This document shows positions 1 to 9,199 of a DNA stretch of 18,251 nt, piece by piece. Position 1 is the stretch's first letter. Each line of letters begins with the position of its first letter. A program made the position numbers and the translations under genes. The stretch is from positions 3,517-21,767 of the forward strand of contig JBJCIZ010000010.1 in NCBI GenBank assembly GCA_051294375.1, given 5' to 3'. Source of the DNA: Paraspadella gotoi. Its lineage: Eukaryota; Animalia; Chaetognatha. Under the pieces are notes generated by a model. That model ran no database searches and was not told the origin of the DNA. It saw only the letters and a program-made list of their open reading frames with translations.

Positions 1-346
1 AATAATGGTTAAGTGACTATTAAATAATATGAAAATTAAAATAATTTTTAAAATTTAGATTATTAATAAGCACACGGAAGCATTTAAAGATTATTTTATT
101 ACTATATAAAGTTTAAAATGTTTTTTTAATTTTTTAATTTTTTTTATAGAATCTGATAGAGCTTTAAAAGTTTAACTTTTTAAGCTTTATAGGAATCCGT
201 TCATAAAAAATAAATTCTTTTGTCATTTGTTATATAATAATAAATATTTCAAAGCTTCAGTGCAACAAGCCAATGAACTATTTATAAAAGTGCATTGAAA
301 ATAATTAGTAGTAAAAGTAAAACGAGATTTTTTTGAAAGAACTAAA
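1..346. repeat. Direct-orientation copy of 14585-15106, lacking about 170 bp internally
   Basis: Long shared blocks such as AATAATGGTTAAGTGACT, CACGGAAGCATTTAAA, TATTTTATTACTATATAAAGTTTAAAAT and AAAGCTTCAGTGCAACAA. Truncated by the window edge. Confidence 0.85.
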
Positions 347-374
347 TATACATAATAAATAATAATAATAATAG

Positions 375-571
375 GGGTGTAGGAGCGGATTTACACGCAA
401 AGGTGGAAGTGTCCGAGCGGATTTCCATAGCAAAGGAGTTAGTGGCGGGGATTTCACCGCAAAAGTGGTGGAGACTGCGGATTCCACGGCAATGTTGTGG
501 GGCAGCGGATCAGACGGCAAACGAGGTGGAGGTGGTGGATCTTATGAGATCTTATGGCAAACGTGGTGAGG
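375..571 (+). repeat. ~30-bp G-rich minisatellite, left part
   Basis: Units resembling GGTGGAGNNGNNGGATYCCAYGGCAAAAGT; the array continues at 2220. Confidence 0.75.
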
Positions 572-2219
572 TAGGCATTTTAAACCGATAACGGTTAACG
601 GTTTATCACGATGAAAATAATTTTACTGATGATAAGTAATAAAGGAGAAAAATAATTTTTTAATTTCAAACCAAAAATTAAAATATATGATTATTAGCCT
701 TACTTCAGCCCAAATTTAGTTTGTAATTTCATAAAATATGAAATGAGAAGAGAGCTCTTTTTCTTTATATTTTAACCATATTTTTTTAACAGTGAGGAGA
801 AGAAATTTTTTCTTAACATGTTCGAGCAAAAAATTAATGATAAAATTATTTTTTTATTATTTTAAAAATATTTATTTTTGTACATATACAAGCAACACCA
901 TAAAATTTTTATCGTCGCAATTGCTTAGCGGTTTTGCCCATAAGTGGGCGTGTCGTTCGTTGTCGGCGTTCCAAATTATAGATCGCTTTTTTTGATTAAA
1001 TTTGGGTGTTGAAGCTGAAAATTTATATACAGCTTCTCATCATCGATGTGCTTAAATTTGAGTCTGGACAGTTATTAATGTTTGTTTACGTTTTAATAAA
1101 ACAAACAATTTTCTCTTTATTTTTATATTTCTTTTTCTCTCTCTTTCTCTTTAATTACATGTCTTTCTCCTCTCTCTTTTCCCTAGTCCCTGTCACTGAT
1201 TCATAGGGAAAAAAAAAGGAGTCTGCAGCATGGCTCTGCAGGGCTTATTCTTTTTCTCTCTTTTCTCCTGCTTTTCTGCTGTGCCTTTTGATTTTTTTTT
1301 CTGGTGCCTCTGCGCTGCCTCTTTGATTCGTCCGAAAACGATTTGGCTTCTCTCTCTCTCTCTGCGTTTTTATTAAAAAAAAAAATTGAATGTGGATTGA
1401 ACTGGCAACAATTAGGCTTTCGCATTTGTGGCATGTTATCATTTTGTCATTGCAACATCGGGTTTTTATTTCGTTATAGTCTTCTCGTCATCTTTATTTT
1501 TATTTTTTTACCTTTCTATTCTTTCTTATCCTTGCTATTCTTTCTTTCCTTTCTAATCTTCTTTCCTTTTTATTTTTCTTTCCTTTATTATTCCTTCTTC
1601 CTTTTTATTCTTTCTTCCTTTTTATTCCTTCTTTCCTTTTTATCCTTCTTTCCTTTTTATTCTCTTTCTCTTCTATCTTTCTTTCCTTTTATTTTTCTTT
1701 CCTTTATATTTTTTTTCCTTTTATTCTTTCTTCCTTTCTATTCTTTTTTCTTCTATTCTTTCTTCTCTTTCTATTCTTTCTTTCTTTTATTCTTTCTTTC
1801 CTTTCTTATTCTTTCTTCCTTTTATTCTTTCTTTCCTTTTTATTTCTTCTTTCTTTCTTTCTTTTCTTTCTTTCCTTTCTATTCTTTTTTATATTTATTC
1901 TTTTCTTCTTTTTCCTTGTTTATAAATTTTTTTTTCTCAAATTTGATTTTTTTTTAGTATAAAAATTTGTCGTCAATCCAGATTTTTCTTATGCGATTGC
2001 GACGATCCTTATGCTTTTAAGTCTCGGATTCGATTTGCTTTTGGTGGCTTGATACTCCTGCGATGATATATATAGTATATTATTAAAAATAAAAATATTT
2101 TTTATTTATTTTTATTATAAATGTTGACAAATTAACCTATTTTAACGGTTAACCAGTTAAATTTTAGCATTTTCACCAATGATTAAAATTTTTTAAATTA
2201 ACTATTTTTTTCACGCCTA
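572..2219. mobile_element. Non-autonomous hAT-like element
   Basis: Termini TAGGC(572)...GCCTA(2219), subterminal TAACGGTTAAC motifs at both ends, and it cleanly interrupts one minisatellite. The 8-bp TSD is only degenerate (TGGTGAGG vs GGTGGAGA). Confidence 0.55.
1490..1935. repeat. Polypyrimidine low-complexity tandem repeat (~18-bp unit like TTCTTTCTTTCCTTTTTA)
   Basis: About 440 bp that are almost entirely T/C on the + strand, with recurring TTCTTTCCTTTT. Confidence 0.85.
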
Positions 2220-2330
2220 GGTGGAGACGGTAGATCCTACGGAAAACGGGGTGGAGGGGGTGGATCCCACAGCAAAAGCGGTGCTGACGCTGGATCCCAT
2301 GGCAAAAGTGGCAGCGGCAGCGGACGATTC
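2220..2330 (+). repeat. ~30-bp G-rich minisatellite, right part
   Basis: Three and a half units reading GGDGRSYGKR/GGGGGSHSKS/GADAGSHGKS/GSGSG in one frame. Confidence 0.75.
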
Positions 2331-3188
2331 AACAAGAAGTGGCGAAATGAGGGACTATTCATGTAAATATGATTGTTTGTGTTAATTATTTATACCCATC
2401 TCTTGATAGTAACGTCTGGCGAGATCCAAATAGTTCAAGCTGGTTGATTTTTTTATGTCAAAAAAGTCTTGCGTTGAAAAATCTGCATCCCATCTCTAAG
2501 TTTCTTTGATGACAAAGCGAGCTTTCATCTTGGATGGAATCGGATCAAGTGCACGGGCAAAAATGTTCTTTTCCTTTGACCTTGATTGCCGATTGGCCAA
2601 CGGCAATCATGATTCGCCGATTCAATTTTTGTAGAATTAACTCGAGCATCAGATCCGATTCGGTTTCATGAGGTTTCTGGGTCCTGCAATAAGAATTTTA
2701 ACGAAACTAGTTTTGTTAATTATGACTTTCATTGAAATTAATCAAGATTTGCCTATTTCTTTTCTTCAGATCAAAAGGATTCATCGGGACGATGCGCGTG
2801 ACCTTTGGGTGAGTGGAATTTGTTATATGTATTAAGGCATTGTGAAAGTTGCTCATGAGCAGTCTTGTACTAAAGAACATTGATATGTAAAAAAAATTAT
2901 TTTTAATTTCTCAATTTTCGCATTAGCCTCGTACTTACCATGGAAAATGTTACAATTTAAAAAGTTTTTTCTTAATTTTTAAAGCTGAGCCGAATTCCTC
3001 ATAAAAAGTTAATGGAAGCATATATAGGTCTTAATAAAAAATTATTTTATTAAGTTAGCTAAAAATTAAAGAAATTTAATTTTAGGTTAATTTCATCAGT
3101 TTTTAAAAAATTTGAACTACTTAATAGAAAAATTTTCTAAAAAGAGTTATATTTTCCTTTATAAACTTTTCCTGAGAAATTGGAATCT

Positions 3189-3388
3189 TGTGGAAGACGA
3201 TGCCGCGAGCAGTTTACCGTCCGTTGCACACAAGGTCCCGAACTTCGGATCGGGCTGTAGTCCGACACTACAGGTGGGTTAGACGCCCCGTCCCGCTTTT
3301 ACTTGTGTGAATCAGCAGGGCGCGAATCCGAGTCCTTTGGGTTGGGAGGAGCTCGTGCTACCTGCGGCGCCATAGGTGCTGCTGATTC
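3189..3388 (-). mobile_element. tRNA(Gly-like)-headed SINE carrying twister motif C
   Basis: Minus-strand head 3388-3309 has A-box-like TGGCGCCGCAGG, CT-CCC-AA loop and B-box-like GGATTCGCGCCC, closed by a GAATCAGCAG/CTGCTGATTC stem. Tail ends in TCCACA like copies H and F. Confidence 0.7.
3227..3309 (-). ncRNA. Twister-like ribozyme, P5-type (copy C, best preserved)
   Basis: Minus strand: CACACAAG-UAAAA-GCGG-GA-CGG-GGCGUC-U^AA-CCC-AC-CUGUAGU[GUCGG]ACUACAG-CCCGA[UCCGAAGU]UCGGG-AC-CUUGUGUG. 8-bp P5, 7-bp P3, 5-bp P4, T1 CGG/CCG, T2 AC/GU. Confidence 0.75.
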
Positions 3389-4035
3389 TCGGACGAGTAG
3401 CAGGGTATGAAATACTACCGCTACAATCTGCTCTTTAAATTAAGAAATAACTGTGTTCATTCGAGTTACCTCAAAACCATTTTAAAATTTTGACATTTTC
3501 TATGCATGAATATGGGCTAAAATTTAACAGGTACAGGCCTGTTCAAAGTGTTCATGATCTATTATTCGAATTTTGATTCTATTTGATTTTAAAAATTTAG
3601 CTACGTATTCTATGTAAAGAAACAAAGAAAAAGCTATTTTATTGTACCGTATTGACTCTGACGAATTAGACTTTTATAATTGGTTATGATAATATTTATT
3701 TACAAAGAAAATTGTTTTTTCCCACCCTTATTTGTTTAGAAGACCCAACAACCGACGCTGCTACTTGTGCGGCGTCGTCGGACATTTAGCCAAACAATGT
3801 AAAAATAAATAAAGTGAGTGTTGATTATAAAACTATTTTGAATTATAACCTCGCACTTCGTTACGACTTCAATATTGATAACATCCAGAAACGAACGTCT
3901 CGCGGCTCGTGTTTGGCGTCGGTCCACGCCACCAAGAAGACAAGACTCGATTTGGAAGCCGAAAATTGACTCGGATATATTTTTCATCAAAAGTCGAGAG
4001 ACTTGTTCTCAACCTTGTTGTTGTTTTTTTCATTT

Positions 4036-4241
4036 TGAAGAGACAGTAATGATTGTTGTATGTTAGTGACAGAACCGTTCAATATAAACAGTCCCTGAGC
4101 TTCGGATCAGACTGTAACACCGTGTTACAGGAGGGTTAAGCGCTCAGTCCCTCTTAACTGCTAGGCGGCCACCGGGCTAGAACCCCGGACTTCTAGGTTG
4201 GAAGACGAATGACTTGCCGTTGCACCAATGGCCGCTTATGA
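4036..4241 (-). mobile_element. tRNA(Gly-like)-headed SINE carrying twister motif A
   Basis: Head 4235-4165 has a 7-bp acceptor-like stem GCGGCCA/TGGCCGC, T-arm CCGGG-GTTCTAG-CCCGG and CT-TCC-AA loop. Aligns along its full length with 17350-17556. Confidence 0.75.
4088..4161 (-). ncRNA. Twister-like ribozyme motif (copy A, partly decayed)
   Basis: Minus strand: GCAGU-UAA-GAGG-GA-CUG-AGCGCU-UAA-CCC-UC-CUGUAAC..GUUACAG-U-CUGA[UCCGAAGC]UCAG-GG-ACUGU; one mismatch each in T1 and T2. Confidence 0.6.
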
Positions 4242-4297
4242 GTCCACCATACTTTTATATTAAAAGTAAATGCAAATAGTCGGAGGCTGGTCTTTTT

Positions 4298-4685
4298 AAA
4301 ACAAGTTTAAGCTGGATCTGCCCACGATCATTAGCGGTAAGCAGCTGATCAGATAATTAATTAATAAGTTAACCAATTAATATTAATTTTTTATTTGCAT
4401 CAAAAATGTTTTTTCAATATGTCTCACCTCTCAATCACAAAACAAGACTTGATTTCCTTCTCAATCACACACTTTCCTACCCACATACAAAATTTCAAGT
4501 CTGTCGCACCATCCACTCATGATTAATTGGCGTTCAAAGCTAACGGGGAAACGGACGAATGAACAGACGGACATTTTTGATGATGATGATGTAGGTTACA
4601 TACGACAAGATTTAGAGGTGGGACGGACGGACCGATAAATTGAATTATAGAGCCAGAATCTGCTGTAAGCAAATCCGGCTAAAAA
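4298..4685 (-). mobile_element. DINE-1/HINE-like non-autonomous Helentron-type element
   Basis: Minus strand starts TTTTT-AGCCGGATTTGC (subTIR 4680-4669) with a nearby inverted copy (4663-4651), then a (GTCC)n microsatellite, a distal subTIR partner at 4310-4321, and terminal CTTGTTTT. Confidence 0.65.
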
Positions 4686-4805
4686 CTATTTAATTATTTA
4701 CCATTTTTAACTTGACTTCTTTGATTAAATTCATTGACCCATTGGCTGCTCGGTATACATTTATTATGTATGTTCATCAATTTAGGAATTTGTATATTTC
4801 ATAAA

Positions 4806-5031
4806 ATGGATATAATAACTAAAGGAATGATGTTGGAATTGTCTAAAGGGTTGAGTGAAAAAGCAAGTTGGCTCATTATCAAAAGTAAATATCCAACAAT
4901 CAGCATCTCTCTTGAAAAATTTCAATCCAAGTTGAGGAAACTGAGATGGAAACGGAAGCATTTAAATACGTGCACAGAAACGGCGAAATCATTCTTAGAT
5001 GCCCCCTTCTTTTCTTCAGGAGATTTCGCAG
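4806..5031 (+). CDS. Exon 1 (predicted) of DDE transposase-like gene: MDIITKG...SSGDFA
   Basis: ATG at 4806 in AAAATGG context within ORF 4734..5078. Donor GCAG|GTATTT at 5031/5032 is phase 1 and joins in frame to the acceptor at 5865/5866 (G+AT = Asp). A possible acceptor TTTAG at 4781-4785 suggests an upstream UTR exon. Confidence 0.6.
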
Positions 5032-5053
5032 GTATTTTTTTTTTAGATAGATC

Positions 5054-5260
5054 ATTAGTAGAGAACGCAAAGTTTTAGCATTTTTACAACGAATTTATTT
5101 TGGTTTAAAATACGGACATGATTCGGCTTGCTGGTTTTAAGCCTTCATCAGCGCTGATGTCCGTATTTAAACCAAAATAAATTCGCTGTAAAAATGCTAA
5201 AACTTTGCGTTCTCTACTAATACACCAACAACGAAAAAAGAAAGGATTATTACAACATTA
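5054..5260. mobile_element. Penelope-like pLTR remnant as a head-to-head inverted duplication with a hammerhead at its centre
   Basis: Arms 5054-5119 and 5157-5221 are inverted repeats (1 mismatch, 1 indel). The centre on the minus strand reads CUGAUGA-A-GGCUU..AAGCC-GAAUCAUGUC (GAAA changed to GAAU). The arm extended to 5260 aligns loosely with 12525-12612, next to the other hammerhead. Confidence 0.75.
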
Positions 5261-5364
5261 GACGATCTTAAAAAGTTATTTCAAAAAAATAATACTATAT
5301 TCTGAATCTGTAGTTGGGCATTGCCTAGGTTCACCCCGCCTAGAATCATGAAACTTTAAGTTGT

Positions 5365-5593
5365 GACCCGGTGGCTCATTGAGTAAAGCCATCAGCTCAT
5401 GACCACTAGGTACCGGGTTCAATCCCAACCCGGTACCTACCCTGCGGGAAGCGTGAGGACGGCCGTAAGCCGCCTTGGGGCATGGCAAACCCTCAAGCCT
5501 GGTTCCAAGCCCTGGGACCTGTCCATGGCTGCAAGAGGTGGGTTATAGAAGTTACGGACAGTCAACTTCAGCCCACGGAGCGCCTTATCCACA
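5365..5593 (+). mobile_element. tRNA-headed SINE carrying twister motif H, in predicted intron 1 of the transposase-like gene
   Basis: A-box TGGCTCATTGAG 5372-5383, CT-CAT-GA loop, B-box GGTTCAATCCC 5416-5426, then the twister motif, a GAAGTT/AACTTC hairpin and tail ...TATCCACA. Confidence 0.75.
5444..5522 (+). ncRNA. Twister-like ribozyme, P5-type permutation, palindromic P1 (copy H)
   Basis: GCGGG(P5)-AA-GCGU(P2')-GA-GGA(T1')-CGGCCG(P1)-U^AA-GCC(P2)-GC(T2)-CUUGGGG..CCUCAAG(P3)-CCUGG[UUCCAAGC]CCUGG(P4, one U-U mismatch)-GA-CCUGU(P5). T1 GGA/UCC and T2 GC/GC both pair. Predicted cut at 5466/5467. Confidence 0.75.
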
Positions 5594-5865
5594 AATCTAA
5601 TTTTGAATACATATGATTAAGATTTTTATTTTCATTTGGCATTTATGATAGTTGTTTTTATGTTTAACTCATTACCTGGTCAAAGAATCACAATTATGGC
5701 CTGCTTTTGGGCTTAATCCTGCTAAACCTGATTACTCCATAATACTCCAAAAATATTTAAATATAAGTAGATTAAAAAAAGATTAAAGGTTTTCATATTA
5801 ATCTCTTAGCAGATGACCTACATGATTATTAGAAGGTGTTTTTAACCTTTTTTTTGTCTATTTAG

Positions 5866-6915
5866 ATAGAGGCATTCAAATTGAAGTGGGATCGACAGCA
5901 AATGACCTTGAAATGGAATATGTTGACGAGCCGATCGTCACAGATCCGTCTGAAGAATCTTCTGTCTCAGGATTGATTCATTTAGAAATAAATAATGGGC
6001 CATTGCTACAACCCGAACTTGTTCCTCCAAATAGAGAAGAGGATAACTACGATTTTCCTGCTCCATTGATTTCAGTTGAGAAAGAACCTGAAGTAGATTT
6101 AAACAGAGATAAGCCTATAATTTTTTTAGGCAGATCTGAGGACTCAGATTATAGCAATGAAAACGGATCAATTGAAAATAGCATCACAAGTCTGTTAACA
6201 GACAAAAAAAGCCTTGTAAGGCAAGTGCAATCATTAAAAAAAGTTATAACAGTTATGAATAAACGAAAGGCTAAAAAAGTTATACAGAAAAAAGAGGAAC
6301 TTAAACACTGTAAGAGAATGATCAATCATCATAAAAAAATTGGAAAGAACAAAGACAAGCAAATACAAAAACTGTCAATTTTGCTAAAACAAGAGAAAGA
6401 AAGAAATCGAAAACTTCAGCTGAAATTGGCGGCGAAAAAATTACGTGAGAAACGGTATAAGGATAAAGTACTTGAAGATAACGAAAAACAAAAAGATGCC
6501 ATGAAGCAGCTTCGTGATTTGTATAAAGAGCAGTCTAATGAACTTGCCGCTTTAGAAGAATTGAACGAGTCTTTAAAAGAACATGAGCTTACGATTTTCC
6601 ATAAAGGGAAGTTTAACAATGAAATCCGAGTATGTGCTTGGGAACTTCTTCAACTTGGGATTTCAGCAAGAAAAATACCACTGGCAATGAAATCTGTTTT
6701 AAAAAGACTCGCTGGGAAAGAATTAAGCAAATGTCCATCAAGAAGCTTTGTATCTAGACTTGTAACTGAGAGCCATTCTTTGTTGCAAACACAGATAAAA
6801 GAAAAAATTGAATCTGAACAGGACGCAACTTTGGCAATAGATTCTGCTACCCACAAAGCAATGAGTTTTCTAGGATCGCAAATTCATTTTAAGGATGGCT
6901 CATCCTATACGCTAG
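5866..6915 (+). CDS. Exon 2 of DDE transposase-like gene: acidic linker, Lys-rich coiled coil, helical domain and first catalytic Asp (ATLAID)
   Basis: Polypyrimidine tract plus TTTAG acceptor ending at 5865; open frame of ORF 5886..6932; donor CTAG|GTGAG at 6915/6916 (phase 1). TLAIDSAT followed by beta-strand-like segments resembles the start of an RNase H fold (Asp codon 6840-6842). Confidence 0.85.
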
Positions 6916-7004
6916 GTGAGAATTATTTTTAAGGATTGCTGAACTAAATTCAATTTATTAAGCACTTTGCTATGTGAACCTTTTTTTTCCTTTTTTTTCA
7001 TCAG

Positions 7005-9022
7005 GTCTGAGAGCCATCTGTAAAGAAGATGCAAAATCATTGCTGGGTTATATTCATGACAGGTTTCAACAAATTGCTAAAAACGGATTGAAAGCGGAAG
7101 AAAATGAATTGGAAAAATTAGCAGAAATAATTTGTAAAGTTGGCAATACCATGACGGATCAAGCACCTGTAAATGGAGCTTTTGCCAGAGAACTTGCACA
7201 TTTGAAAGAGCAGTTGTTGCCTACAATTCGGGCTAATAATGAGTTATCCCCTGACCAAATGAGAAGTTTATCAACAGTAAACGTCTTTTATTGCCAACTC
7301 CATTTAATCAGTAATCTTGGGATTTCTGCCATAAATGCTCTGAAAAAGATGGAATCAAAAGAAAAGTTAATTGATAATCCTTATGCTTTTAGTCAGGAAA
7401 AACCGTCAGTTCAACGTTTCAACCGAAATATTTCTGCAGTTTTCCACCCACATCAAACTGAAAAAAATTGGCGATTGGTTCAAGTATGGGAAGCATTTCG
7501 AGAAGAAAAAAAAATTGAAAACGCTGTTTATCACGAACACAGTAGAGCAGGAATTGAGTTTCCAGCTTCAACAAGAAACCTTATTAATTTTGAACATCTC
7601 AAAGAATTTTTTGAATTTGAAGATGGTACGCTGATATACAATTCCATTAAATATGATCTAAATCATCCTCTAGTCTTACATCAATTAAGGGCATTGAGTC
7701 TTTATGATGTTCTGATCATTGCTCCTTTGTGGAGAATTCTTTATGGAAAAGAACAAAACCATGAATATGCAAAAGTGAAAATCCATATTTTGGAAATAAT
7801 ACCTCACTTGCAGAGTCTTCAAAATTACTTAAATGAAATTACTGAAGGTAGCTCTAAATTGCTTGAAGGAGAATCGCCATTTCCAAAAGTATTTTTAGAC
7901 AAAAGTCGACTTTCCTCTGTTATGGGATTAATGCCAACTGATCATTTTAACAGAAAGCAAATCTTGAAAATCACCAAACTTATTGGTGAAGCAATGCTAC
8001 TCACGTTGATGACTCAGGCAAGAGATTTTTTGTCAGGGGGAAAACATGATGCTCTTCAAGATGATCCAAGTTTTGTCAATGCGACTACCAGTGTACCGAC
8101 CACAAATCAGAAAGGAGAATCAATTTTTGGATTATTGCGGTATTTAAAAGATTCTAAACCGACTGCAAAACCTACTACCTTGGAAGCTAATGCAATGTTA
8201 CAGACGAATAATCTCACAGCGTACATTGATAGCAAAAGTATAGAAGAACAGAATTATCTTATTGAATCTGCACGCAAGTCATACACAGGCAGAAAAAGAG
8301 AAGAGAAATTGATTTACCAAAATTATAAGAAACAGTTGTTGGAAAAACGACGCCAATCAAATAAAGCTAAAATGGAAAAGGATAATGAGAAAGCAAGAAA
8401 AAAAATAGAAATTGTAAGAAAGTTTACTGACAACTATGGAACTCCGTGGCTACAAGATGAGATTCCTACCAAGTTGGGTTTGTTACAGAGTGAAAAAGAA
8501 AAACTTTTTGCAGTTAACTTATTGATCGAATTTTTGCACAAAATTGGTGACGCAACCTGTTCAAACAAAAACGTATTTAATAAGACCAGTAACAAAAAAG
8601 AATTCACTTTGTGTGAAAAACTTGAGCATTTAGAAAAAATTTATGAAGAAAATCCGCAATTGAAAGAATTAGATTTCATTGAACAGGAAAATCCTGACGT
8701 TGATGTTACTGAAGCGGCTGAAGTTGTTACAGCAGAAATTAAGGAAAAACTGCAAAGAGCAGTCAAAAAGCAAGCTGTAAAAAGAAGTCAAGAGTTATAT
8801 AGTTCTTTAATTCAGGAACCTGAAAAATTAGTTAATTGTGAGTTTGAAATTAAAGTTAATGGCGGTTGGCAAAACGGTAGGGTGACAAATATTGTCAAAC
8901 CTATCAAAAAATTTTTGTATTTTGACACTGAAATTGATGGAAAAATTTTAAAAATAAGGATTCTTCAAGAGCTAAAAAAAGGCAATTTGATAATTTTAAG
9001 CCACGGTATTTTACATGAGTAG
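7005..9022 (+). CDS. Exon 3 of DDE transposase-like gene: second Asp (NTMTD), CxxH motif (FYCQLH), Glu (PTTNQKGES), coiled coil, small C-terminal beta domain
   Basis: 89-nt intron 6916-7004 (GTGAG...TTTTTTTTCATCAG) joins in frame to give YTLG|LRA. Asp codon 7157-7159, CQLH 7292-7303, Glu 8117-8119, stop TAG at 9022. The D...D...CxxH...E layout is characteristic of the hAT/P/MULE/Kolobok group. A Kolobok-like subgroup assignment is from memory and tentative. Confidence 0.85.
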
Positions 9023-9199
9023 CATTTATGGCTTTAGGTTGCTACACATAATTAGATAATACTTTAGAATTCTCTATAATATATTTTTTTAATCTTTTTA
9101 CGTACCAATACTTTTTAAAAGTCGATTGCGAGAATTCAGAATTTTTGTCTGTGGTAGTAAAATAATGACTTGCACTCAAGTTTGTACAACGCACATAAT

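Noticed and set aside
1304-1957. 217-aa Phe/Leu/Ser-rich ORF
   Set aside because: Artefact of the T/C low-complexity tract, which lacks stop codons; no domain features.
4165-4235. tRNA-Gly(TCC) gene on the minus strand
   Set aside because: The anticodon stem does not pair, the T loop is non-canonical, and it is fused to a repeated SINE body; treated as a SINE head.
6416-7634. Short overlapping or antisense ORFs (6416-6619, 6650-6856, 7371-7634)
   Set aside because: Shadows of the main CDS with no independent coding evidence.
5886-9022. Two separate genes with GTG starts, as in the ORF track
   Set aside because: Canonical GT-AG introns join them in frame and the catalytic motifs are split across the two ORFs.
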